Source: Cycas panzhihuaensis (Eukaryota > Plantae > Cycadophyta). Taken from it: a stretch of DNA of 64,000 bases. The position numbers and the translations under genes are program-made. The stretch spans positions 178,691,741 through 178,755,740 of the forward strand of contig CM041465.1 of NCBI GenBank assembly GCA_023213395.1, written 5' to 3'. Below, piece by piece: positions 28,216 through 41,440 of this stretch. Numbering within the stretch: position 1 is the stretch's first letter; each line of letters begins with the position of its first letter. Below the pieces are notes generated by a model. It searched no databases and was not told the origin of the DNA. It saw nothing but the letters and a program-made list of their open reading frames with translations.

Positions 28216-31200
28216 TGAAAGACGTTAATGTATCAAGGTCATTTGTGTAGATTAATTATGTGACCTTAGGATATATTGTTAGCATTAGTCTCTTAATGAA
28301 ATGCACTTTATGTGCATTTAGATGTAATTTTGAGTTTATTTCATTAGGCAGGAAAATCCTAACCCTAATGCTCACCTTCAATAATAAAAGGCAAAATCTC
28401 AAGAAGGGAGTCATTATTCATTCTCACCTCCAAGCTTGCTCTCATATCTTGTTTCATCTTCATTTTCATTCTCCATTGCCATTGTATGCATGTGAATGAT
28501 TTATCTCCTAGATCCATCCTTCCTTCATATGGTATAAGAGCTATAAGAGGATCTATTCACTCTATTCCACTTGCATGGAGTCATTTTTGCATCTCCTTCA
28601 CTTTCAATGTGAAGTATTGAGAGTGAATTTATTATTTTTTAACATCTTGAGAGCTTAAAATTATAGTATTTTATATGTTGTCAATTTATCTATGTGTGAA
28701 GAAATTCAGAGGTGAAGAATACAGGTTTTTGAAACTGTTCAGTTGCCGAAACAGTCCCAAAAGCATTAAAGGCCTGGAATTTCATAAAAAAATTAACCAT
28801 CTCAGATTTTGATGAAATTTGGCATACAAGGTCACCTTGACTAGAGGATCATTTTTGTCTTTTAAAGAAACTTCAAATTCAGCCTATAACATCAAGTTTT
28901 GGCTATGATAAAAGGGTAAAATTTATGGATAAGTGATTTAAAACACTTTTTCCAATGAAATCCTTTAATTATAAGCTAAAAATATGAAAGTTTTATTAAG
29001 GGATCTATTAGATTTATGTCTTAGGATTAGTTTAATATAAATATCATCAAATTTTATCCACTGGTTAGTGAGATCTATGCAGTTTTCTTATTGTTGCTAA
29101 TCTTGCTTACTCAACCCCACAAAGGACATTGCAAGGGCATTTTAGGTAAATTTTTTATAGATTTTATAGATGGTACATAAGGGAAAGTTAATATACATGT
29201 CAAAACATAACTTTTGACATATTGAAGTTCAGATTCTGAGATAGTTGATCTGGAAGGATTTTGCTTTGGTGCTTTTGTAGGCAGAAAATGTTTTGTGCCT
29301 TTTCAGAAATCTGACTTCACAACCCTATTAGAAATGATATTCTGAGCAATTTTTACTTCTATCATAAATTTAGATTTCATCATTTAGGAATTCATATTTA
29401 TACTTTTTAAACAAATTATGCTCATTTATCATTATTTATAAATTTTGTGAAAAAATCACAAAATAAGGCAAAATAACATGCATATAGATTTAGAAAAATT
29501 AGCATTTTAGTGGCAAGTTGATCCACTTTTTAGCCCATTATGGATTTTGTATAAAAACTTCTAAAATCATATTTGGAAACATTGTACTAAAGCAAATAAA
29601 ACCTTAGATCAGAAGTAACATCCGATTCCCATGCTAAATCTAGCATGCTTTTTCTATTTACACACATAATATAAAGCATCATAAAAGCAGAAACAACAAG
29701 AAGGCAAGTACAAAAAGCAAGCAAGCTCATTTGGTAACTTTTCATTTCAGTTTTTAGTTATACAAAAATATCTTACACTATTCCTAAAAGGAATCTCATT
29801 TGTATAATCTATACCGCTAGTTCTTGACTTGTGCACACATTCGCTTTAGTTGAAATAGACCAAGGTTGGCCAAAGTCCAGGCCCTAAGGGAGGTGTGAGT
29901 TTCATACTAGGTCTAGTCTTAACTGGAATAGTGGTGGATGGACAGGTTAGCCATACCTACGGCCTCCAATCAGGGATAATCCTTATAACCACCGAAGAAA
30001 ACTGAAAACCTTAATGTAAGATTAAAATTAACTCGGTCCAATATCCGTCATAGCCATGAGATATACAGTACCATTTGACTCTTTGGAGGAGGTATATAGC
30101 TGCTCATTGGTGAACTGGGTGAGGACTGGGAGTACCTGGGCTCCACTGTGACTTAGATTTTATCACCAAGCATAGGTGTAGGTATCGCGGGTGAAGGCCC
30201 TAATCGTATATTAGAAGCCTTAGGCATCGAAACCTCACCTACATTTAGACATAAGTGAGAGGTTAGTGGCATAACACATCACCACTCTTTGCCAGCTCTA
30301 TATTAAGCCTCATTCTTGCATCATTGCTTATATTCATTTTTTTATAATTGTTAAAAAATACTTAATCATTGCTTGCTTCTCATCATAACAATCATTTCTA
30401 CATCCCTGTTGCGCCAGGTGTACTAGCCACATGTGTCAATGGCATATACTTCTATCATCTCTTCTACCTCTTCATTATCACCATGTCATCTTAATTCAAG
30501 CAAAATGTTAACTGCATATTGAAAGGCAAAAAAAATTAGGATCTATGGTACATTGGAATTAAAAATATTACAAAGTATGAAGGCCTTTGGAGAGCCCACT
30601 TGCAGCCTACACTTAGCATACTAGCAACAACTACTTCCGATGGATCTGCCCTAACAGCTCCTACAGATGCTGCAACTAAACTACAATGGGAGATAGATGA
30701 TGAAAAGATTCATGCAAGAATTTTGTTGGTCATTGATCACTTCTTGCATAACTTGATAAATAAAGAGCAACATGATACAGCCTGGAAGGTCTTAGAAGTT
30801 CTAAAAAAGAACTTTGATACAAAGTCAGATTTAGAATTTGTTTATCTTGTTTTGAAAATAAACAAATTAAAAATGCAGAAGGGATAAGCTGATGAGATAA
30901 TAAATCTCCTTCGACCAATCAAATAGGCAATTGACAAAGACTTTAAGACCCAATGTATCACTTAGGCATTTTTGATCTAGTCATGTTTACATGTGCCTGA
31001 TTATAAAAACTTGCTTGGAAGTCTTCAATATAGTGGAGCATTGAAGACACTCAACTTCGAAGCACTTGCCGAGAAGTTCATAGAATTTAATAAGACCTTT
31101 GATATAAACTTTATAGCCTCTGACTCTCTTGTAGATGTAGCCTTTGAGGTAGAAGAAGAAATTTGCTACAAAAAAAATCAAGGTCCCTCTCGTGGTAGAG

Positions 31201-34200
31201 GAAATAACTGAGCAAGAGGAAGAGGAAGAAATATGGGAAATCATCCACAAGGTCAATCAAACCCTCAATCAAAACCTTGACATTCTCAAGGCTAAAGGTG
31301 ACCTCAACAAAGAGTAATATAGTCATGCCAAACCAGTACCTCTTCAGGGACTGGTAATCAAACTATTATGTATGATTAGTGTAATCGTAAAGGACACTTA
31401 GCAAAAAATTACAGAACTAACACTTATAAGTTGGCCAAGTTCTAACCAAAACATGGAGCTCATAATGTTGAAGAAACTTATGAAGAATCCTTTAGTAGTG
31501 TAGGTTTTATACAAGCACACATTCAAAGAATTGAGGGATCTTCAGCATCAAATGCTATTGACTAACCAAAGAGATACTTTGAATCTTGGTGTGGATATAT
31601 CACTTATGAATTCCCTTCACCAATGCCAAGCCCTATTGGAATTACCAATAGTGTTGCTTCAATCGATGGACAGTGGATCATGGACACAAGAGCAACTTAA
31701 CATATGATGTGCAATCACAGTCTATATAAAACATTTGACTCAAATGTTCAAGGAGTTGTTCACATGGCTGATAAATTACAACAACTTGTTGAAGGAATTG
31801 ACAACATTCGCGTAAAACTCCCAGGCTTAGAAGATTTTACATTGCTTGATGTCTTATACATACTCAATCTCAAATAAAACCTACTCTCCTTATCCACACT
31901 TGTCTCTCATGGATTTGATCTGAGTGTAACCATAAATGACCAGGTTCTTCATGTCATTTACCCTCCAACTAATCAGGTGGTTTTGACTGGACATCTCTCT
32001 AGCAAACTCTTTTGACTGAATGGCTCTCCATCTTCTAAAGCCCATTGTGCCCAAAGCGGTTGTGCCAATGAAGAATTTGCATTTAATTCCATTTTGACCC
32101 ATCCAATGTTGTCACTAGAAGCTCTTTGGCATGCTTGCATGGGCCATGTTCACATTGATAGACTTAGAGATCTTTTTAACACTTTTCCAAACCTTCCAAA
32201 GTTTTCCTCTAAGCCCTTTAAATATGAAGCTTGTATCATTGCCAAATCTCATCAACAACCCTTTCCCAAAAGTCAGTGAAAATCGAGTCATCCATTACAA
32301 TTGGTACACTCTGATTTATGTGGGCCAATGCTCATTCCTTCACTAAAGGGCAAGCTATATTACATCTCTTTTATTATTGATTTCACTAGAAAAGTATGGG
32401 TAGCTTTTCTACATAAAAAAAATAAAACATTCCATATATTTAAGGAATTCAAATCCTTCACTAAAAAAGAGTCAGGTTATCAACTCAAATATCTTCGAAC
32501 TGATAATGGTGGTGAATATACCTCACATGAGTTTGAAAGCTACCTTTGAGACAATGGCACCAAGCATCCAACAACAGTAGCAGGTACCTCACAACAAAAT
32601 GGAGTTGCCGAGCGTATGAATAGGATAATCATGAACATGGTTCGTGCTATGTTAATATACAAAAATGTACCTGCCTATCTATGGGATAAAGTAATCTGGA
32701 TAACTATTTATTATATCAATGTTGTTAGCCCATCAAAGGAAGTACAATTACCTAATGAAAAGTGGTCAGGATAAACCCCCATTATTCACTACTTTAAAAT
32801 TTTTAGCTTTACATACTATGCCCACATTCTAGATACAGATCGAAATAAACTCTAGCCAAGGGCACTTAAAGGTATCTTTGTTAGATACCCTATGAATAAG
32901 AAAGGGTATAAGGTCTTCATACCTTTACAATGAAAAATCATCATTACTAGAGATGTTATTTTTACAGAGACAGAGGATTAGTTACTTAAACTAGACTCTA
33001 AAGTACCCTCATACTGCTACAATAATGTTATCAAGTATGATGTTCAGATTCTCAAATTTGGGGGGGGGGGGCAGACATAAATTACTCCAAATGTTGGAAG
33101 CTGACAATAGAGCCTTGGAGGATACAAGTTGTGACTCTGAACCGATGAGTGCACATCCAACACCATCTTTTGAAGATAACAGAGTTGACAAAGGCAAAGT
33201 CATTATAGAAGAACCATCCTCTCCACCTTCAGTTGACAAAGGCAAAACAATGGTAGAAGGGCCATCTTCTTCAGGCATATCAATATCCTCCTCATAAAAT
33301 TATCATTTTAATGAATATGATGAGAATCAAGAAGTTGGGGAAATGAGGGCATCATTCCCAACTCGAGGATTTTGAGAAGCCCACCAGCTCAATAAGGATA
33401 TATGACCAGATGATGTGGATAAAACTGGCACTCGAAGTGCCCATAGAACAAGGATGTAGGAATTATTATATACTGAGCTTGAACTAGCAGAACTGCACCT
33501 TACTCTTAATGAAGAGCTCTTAACGTACCAAGAAACTGTAAAGTATACAACTTGGAGAAATGCCATGAATGAAGAGTACCAATCTCTTATCAAGAACAGT
33601 ACATGGGAGCTCGTTGATCTACCACTTGCTAGAAAGGTAGTTCAAAATAAATGGATATTAAAAAACAAATATAGATCAGACGACACCCTTGAAAAATACA
33701 AAGCAAGGCTGGTAGCTAAAGGGTTTATACAAAGGGAAGGCATTGACTACACTGAAGTCTTCACACTTATAACCAAGTGGCCTACAATTAGAACTCTTAT
33801 GGCCTTGGCTACTCAACATGGTTGGAAAATCCACCAACTTGATATTAAGACCGCATTTCTCAATGGAGATCTTGAAGAATAAATTTACATGGCTCAACCA
33901 GAAGGATATGAGATCGAAGGTCAAGAGCATAAGGTTTGCAAGCTCAGAAAGTCCTTGTACGGCCTTAAACAAGCCCCTCGTGCTTAGTTTGCTAAGTTGT
34001 TTGAAAGAATGAGGCAACTTAGATACAGGGTTTATGACTACCAAGATATTAATGCAATGTTGTTCATCAAGTGGCATAAGGATAAAGTCACTTATCTCAT
34101 AATCTTTATGGATGATATGCTAGTAACAGGTAATAGTGAACATGTAATAAGCCAACTAAAAAAGGACCTTGGCAAAACGTTTAAATTGTCTGACCTCGAT

Positions 34201-35818
34201 TTGATGAAATATTACTTAGGAATTAAAGTAACATAAAGGAATGGAAAATTTTTCCTCTCTCAAGAAAAATACATCAACGATCTTCTAACCAAGTTTCAGT
34301 TAGAAGATGCTCAACCAGTGATATTACCTATAGACCCTAATATCAAACTCTTAGTTGAAGGTGACACTAGGGAGGCAAACGCAATACTTTATAGGAAACT
34401 TGTAGGTAGTTTCATCTATACTACTGATACAAGGCTAGATATTGCACACTTTGTTGGCATTCTTACTTGTTACATGACAAATCCTAAGCAGAATCATTGG
34501 CAGGCAATAGTGCGAGTGTTGAGATACCTTAAGATGACCAACAAATATGGTCAGTTATATGAACCTAATTCAGACTTTAATCTTTCTGCATACACAGACT
34601 CAGGCTTTGCAGGAGATAAAGATATAAGAAGATCTATGTTTAGGTATGTAGCGTTTCTTGGAACAACACTAATATCGTGGAGATCCAGATGGTAGAAGAT
34701 AGTTGCAGATTCAACTGCCGAAGTTGAATACATTGCTTCTTCTGAGACCAATAAAGAGGTGATATGGCTGAGAAAATTATTAGAAACATTGAATATCACC
34801 CAAGCCTGTCCTATAAGTCTTCATGTAGATAATCAATCAACAATCTGCATGGCGAAAAATCTTGTATTTCATGATCATACCAAATACATAAGTACGAAAG
34901 TCCACAGGATTAGAGAACTTGTTCATGATGGCACAATTCAACTAGAATATTGCCCTACAATAGATCAAGTGGACGATATCTTCACCAAACCACTGTAAAA
35001 GGTGAAGTTTGAACAGTTTCGAAGGCAGCTTGGCCTTAGGACCTCCATCTTCGACTAATCAAAGAAGATGGCAATAGGATCATCATACTCTATTCTCTTC
35101 ATGAAAACTCCTTGTGGGCACGGAAGAATAAGAGTAAGTCTATGCTCTATCCTCTTTGTGAAAACTTCATGTGGGCACGAAATGATAAGGGTTGTATTAG
35201 TTTTGGAAAATTAGAACCTGTGAAAACCTAAAAAGGGCATAGGGGATGACCAAACTGTATATGGAGACTTAGCAGATTAAGCTACACATTTAAGTTGCTT
35301 GGCTATCAGGTTACATCAAAGAGCCACCTTAGTCATTTTGATTTATAAAAGGGGCTATAGATCTTAGAAAGTTCATGCATTTTCATTCACCATGAGGGTT
35401 TTCCTACAAAAGTGTCATTTAAAATTTCCATGTAATAATGAGGCTAAAATAAAGACCTCATATAATAGATTTTCTTAAAATAACCTTCCACCATTAAGGG
35501 GGGGATTGAAAGAGGTTAATGTATCAAGGTCATTTGTGTAGATTAATTATGTGACCTTAGGATATATTGTTAGCATTAGTCTCTTAATGAAATACACCTT
35601 ATGTGTATTTAGATGTAATTTTGGGTTCACATTATTATGCGAGAAAATCCTAACCCTAATGCTCACCCTCAATAATAAAAAGTAAAATCTCAAGGAGGAA
35701 GTTATTATTTATTCTTACCTCTAAGCTTACTCTCATATCTTGTTTCATCTTCTTTTTCATTCTCTATTGTCATTGTGTGCATGTGAGTGATTTATCTCCT
35801 AGATCTATCATTCTTTCA
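28216..35818 (+). mobile_element. Element D: full-length Ty1/Copia retrotransposon with ~1.9-kb 5' leader, inserted into the gag of A
   Basis: 312-bp LTRs 28216-28527 and 35507-35818 (TGAA...TTCA); TSD GTCCA/GTCTA; PBS TGGTATAAGAGC 28530-28541; PPT before 35507; domain order gag-PR-INT-RT-RH. Confidence 0.95.
30483..35058 (+). pseudogene. Element D Copia gag-pol (degenerate)
   Basis: VHSDLCGP...LRTDNGGEY (integrase, 32301), KYKARLVAKGF...HQLDIKTAFLNG (RT, 33565), AYTDSGFAGD and VDNQS (RNase H); in-frame stops throughout. Confidence 0.93.
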
Positions 35819-36803
35819 GTCTATCCACCTCTAATAACTCAAGACTGCTACCAACAGTTACTACATGATAAACATGTGCTCATTATAAAATTACTATACC
35901 AACCTTTGATCATAATCTCAATAGTGATCTACTAGAAGCTAGATTAGTAAATTGGAATCATATTTTACCTTAAATCCTATGACTACTACAAAACAATTGA
36001 TCTTTGCTTTAATTCACCTAAATGGGAAAGCACATCATTGATTTTAATGGTAGAGTTAAGAGAATCCAATAACCGAGATATGGTACCTCTTCTCCAATAG
36101 TTTCTTTGACTAATATGATGATACTTAGAATTAATCATTTTTTAGCCAATTAACCAGACTCTATTAGAAAACTTTAGTTAAGTCATATACTAATGAGTTT
36201 TGGTCACTACAAACTAGGCATCTATGAAGGAAATAGAATGCAAGGAGAACAGGGTAGAACATAAACTAATCTTCAATACATCAATACTTCAATACATTAT
36301 TGTTACATAAATTAAAAACTCATTGTATTCAATCCATTGTGATAGAGAAAGCTTTATAAATTTCTCAATATGGGCGGTGTCTAAAGATACTAGTGTTGCA
36401 TAGCCCTCAATATTTATAATTTTGGAGGAGGAGGGAAACTCCTCAACCTTTGAAATTTAAACTATAATAAAATAATATAAACTTAACTTAAAGTAAACTT
36501 AACTCAAATTAATATTAACTTACCTACACATGTTGAGCACTCACATGTGTAAATTGAAGAAGATGAGGTGTACTCTCCTAGTTGGAAGGTGGGAGTAGAG
36601 TGATGACTATTAACTCCAACATTCTCCCCCTTAATAGTCATCACGAACACTCATATCATCTATTTGAACTTATAAAATTTGTATTTAAAAAAAACTTTCA
36701 AAATCTGTCTCTTAACTTGATCTTTATTAACTTATTTTATCTTTATAGCAACATGTGTCATTTTATCATGAAGTGGGGCAAAAAATCTATAATTGAATGA
36801 AGC

Positions 36804-37361
36804 TTAATTTATACAAAGATGAATAATTATAACTTTGAGTTTATCAACTAAAGCATTAAAAAAACTTTGAACTTGAACTTTATCTTTTAATGACTTTATA
36901 TTATGAACAATTGTCAAATCATCATAAATCTTTGCTATCATATCATAAGATTTATTCTTCCCCTCAAATGGAGGATCAGGTTGTTGTTCAACAAGTTGAT
37001 CATACATTTGATATGAATCTTCATTAGTCTTTTGATTATAATCTATCTGTTATGGTACCTGTCTCACATGCTCAACAAAATCAATATCAAATACATTGAG
37101 GGTATCTCCCCCATAAGTAGAAATTAAAATATCCCAAATGGATTTAGAAGTAGTTAATTCATATACTTTAGAAAATATATTATCATCAATAATGTAAAAT
37201 AATATTCCTAAAACTTTATTGTCCTTTCTAAAATTTTCTTTAATATTAAGATCATATTCATATTGCAAATACTTCAAAAGACCATGTTTAATAAAATAGT
37301 CTTACATAGTCTTATACCATTGTGAAAAATTATGCCCATTGAATATAGGAAATTGTGCCAT
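36804..37361 (-). pseudogene. Copia gag N-terminal remnant in element E
   Basis: MAQFPIFNGHNFSQWYKTM*DYF...KDNKVLGILFYIIDDNIFSKV..LTTSKSIWDILISTY resembles the Copia gag N-terminus (DUF4219/UBN2-like). Confidence 0.75.
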
Positions 37362-39432
37362 TTTATCAAGAAAATTTTTAGTACATAAAATGTATGCTTT
37401 TACCAAATCAAGAAGTCAATAAATGAATAAACATATATAATTTTAAATAACCTTTTTGAAAGAGATGTAATGCCCTTTAGAAAGTAAATGTAAATAAGGA
37501 AATAATCTTTTAAATAATGATAAAATAAAAAATATCTTTCAATAAGTGTATATCCTTTGAATAAATGATAAACTTATGAGATATAATTTGAGATAAAACT
37601 TGAAAAATAATAAATATAAGAGTAAATTTGAATGTAATAAATATCCTAAGCAAATATGAAATGAACTTTGATGATAAAAAGAATAATCCTTAATCTTTTG
37701 ATTCTTCAAATGAATAAATGTAAACTCTCAATGCAATAAATCCTAAACCTTGATGATAATATATAATGCTAAACTAAAATATATATGTGTATTTCCACTT
37801 TGAAATATAAAGAATATGAAGAAATTTTTGAACAAAAAGTATTGTACTTCTTAAAAGAAAGATTTAAAGGACAACCTCAAGTTGAATAGCTTCAAAAGTA
37901 TACTAAATGATGTCATAATAAAATGAAACTTGACTAGTATTAAGATTAATGAAATATGTTTTTAATGGAATTAACCCTTTTGAAAACGGGTTCCTACAAG
38001 TCAAAATTTGATGATTTAAAGGTATATGCCTTGTTTTAAGGCTAAACAGGAGCAAGGAGATCAAAATAGCATAAAAATATTAATAAAATAATTATAGAAC
38101 ACTGTAAAATAGTCACACAAGGTTTAGAAAGCTACTTAATATATTTTCAACTAAAAATTTTTGAGAAATATATATAAAAAATGTGTAAAAATGGTAGATT
38201 TAAGGTAATTAATTACCTATAATTTAATCGATTTGAAAATAAATAAAAACATATTAAAATATATAAAAAACTATGTTAGATCGAAGAGGGGTGAGTCAAC
38301 TTCCTAACAAAACTAATGAAACTAAATTATAATACAAAATAGAGAAGTTATAATAAAAATGGTAGTAGGTACTTTTATGTAAAAAAGTTTAAAAAATGCT
38401 AAAAACTACTAAAGTGCCACATTCGGTGATTAAAATAATGATCAAAATAAATACTAAAAATTAAAATAAATAGTTGTTAATGAAGTTTGTTAAAGTAGAT
38501 TACTGTAGAATATATCTAGGCAGAAAATAGTCACCCGATAATAAAATATAATCTGTTAGAAAGATGATTTTATAAAAAAGTTTAAAAATACTAAAAAAAA
38601 GAAATGTCTAACTTTAAATCAACTGAAATGGGGTCAAATCAGGTCCAAATAGGTCATATGATTAGTCAAAATTAATCTAAAGAAAAATTTTGACGTAATG
38701 AAACTAGTTTCGTCAGAGACTGATGACTCGGTGAAGAGTTATGGTAAAAACTAAATGCTAGTAACCCTATGCAAAGTATAAAATAAAAAAAAGAAAAAGA
38801 AAAAAGTTCATAAAGGTGATGAGCCCCTTTTAAAGATAAGTCCTGGTTGTGTGGGATGAAATGTGACTGGGGGCTGAGAGTATAAGGGGGCTAACACCTA
38901 TTAAACCCTAGAATTGAAATCTTATTCAATTTACTTTAATTTTTTTAAACTTCAAAAATAAATAATTAAAAAGTATTCAAATTTCAATGGGCGGGCGTCG
39001 TGAATGCACCCGCCACTGCGCTTGCCTACCACACCATGCACACGATTGTCTGCCTTGCACGAGAAATTGATTAGCAAATGTTGGGACATTGTACAAGGAG
39101 CTGAGGATGAACTGAGGTAAGATGCCGAGTTTAAAGATCTGGCTTTAGAACCAATCTAATACAGATAGAACTAGAGGAACCAAAGGTAAATAATGTGCAG
39201 GAAATGGAAGATCTGCAGAGATACCAATTGGTTGGCCTTGTCATTATGTTCCACCTCAAGAGAAGATGCACACAGAGCTGCCGGAGATACTTACATTGGA
39301 GTTGAAGCTCACTGTAGGTTTGAAGAAGGTAACACTCAAGCATAAACAAAAAATTTGTGAGGATCTCAACCAGTTGGTCCAAGATAGTGCATCTATACAA
39401 TACTCAAGATTGGAGGAACTAAAAGATTGAAG

Positions 39433-40251
<819 letters not shown>

Positions 40252-40619
40252 GTTTCAAATATAACAGATCTTTGGTATATGATGTTGAGGACTTTTTAAC
40301 AGAATAGATGATTGTGCTTATGCACTTATCTTTTTCTTCATAAAACTTTCTTCATATAACTATAAGCAATAGATGCATTAACTCAAAAAAATACATCAAT
40401 GAAACCATATCTTTTAAATATATTGATAAAAGTATATCAAATAAAGAAAATGCATGTATATGTATCTAAAATATTTTTAAATATATTGCAGATATATCAT
40501 AAAAGTGTATTTAAATCTGAAAAAAAGTATGAAGAACCTGGTAAACATAGTTGTGGATGACTTGCATAAATGAGATCTACTATATATGCTTCTCCAAAAG
40601 ACTAAATATGCCCCAAAAA

Positions 40620-41440
40620 TTACAGATTTGTAAAAAAATCTTAAAAAAGTAGTCAAATATATGTTAAAAAATATAGATCTAAAATAAAATATAGTAGATT
40701 TAAACTAAATATTACAGATCTGCAACAAATATACCAAAAAATATTGAAATAATTGCTGGAATAAGCAGATCTGAACCAAATATAGTAGAAAATGGTAAAA
40801 CGCTTAGTAAAATACGTAGATCTGAAAAAATATGTAATAGATCTGAGAAAACTATAATAGATCTAAAGTAAAATATGCCAGATCTGAGAAATATATGGCA
40901 GATCTTGAAGTAAACTTTAAAAAAATGCAACTTGTTGTTGATCTCCTTCACAGATCTGAGAAAATATTAGATAAATAGATACAAATATTCTTAAAAATAG
41001 TCAAATATATGATAAGATGTGCAGATATGAAAAAATATAATTCTGATTTGAAGAAAACTTTGAAAAAATATAGCTTGTAGCAGAAATCCTGCATAGATCT
41101 AGAAAAATATTAGATAAGTAGACAAAATATGCCTAAAAAATGATGAAATATATGATAAAATATATAAATCTAAAGAAATATAGCTCAAATATGAGAAAAA
41201 ACTTGAGTAAATATTACATGCAGCTATAATCCTTTACAAATCTGAAAAATATTTGATAAAGAGATAGAAATCTGCTTGAAATAGTCAAATATATAATAAA
41301 ATCTATAGATTTGAAAAAATATAGCTCAAATCTAAAAAAAACTTAAATAAATATAGCTTGCTACTGAAATGCTATATAGATCTAGAAAAATATTAGATAA
41401 AGAGATAAAATATCCCAAATATTTGATAAAATATATAACT
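40620..41440. repeat. Degenerate tandem array: ~20-21-bp AGATCT-centred units and ~143-bp higher-order units
   Basis: AGATCT at 40818, 40839, 40859, 40880, 40900; long-unit anchors at 40952, 41095, 41238, 41378. Confidence 0.8.

Noticed and set aside
30116-30141. Weak resemblance to the 5S rRNA box C region (also ATGGGTGACC in reverse at ~1474 and ~1784), suggesting a Cassandra-like element
   Set aside because: Only 10-20 loosely matching bases, no box A or 5S fold, and not located within LTRs.
33183-33275. 48-bp in-frame repeat encoding VDKGK..EPSS twice in Copia D
   Set aside because: Real, but an ordinary low-complexity feature of the variable integrase-RT linker.
38692-38740. Hammerhead-like words (GAAAC...GTTTCGTC...CTGATGA)
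   Set aside because: No stem II can form around CTGATGA/GAAA and the other helices are too short. It is a short palindrome in a TE interior.
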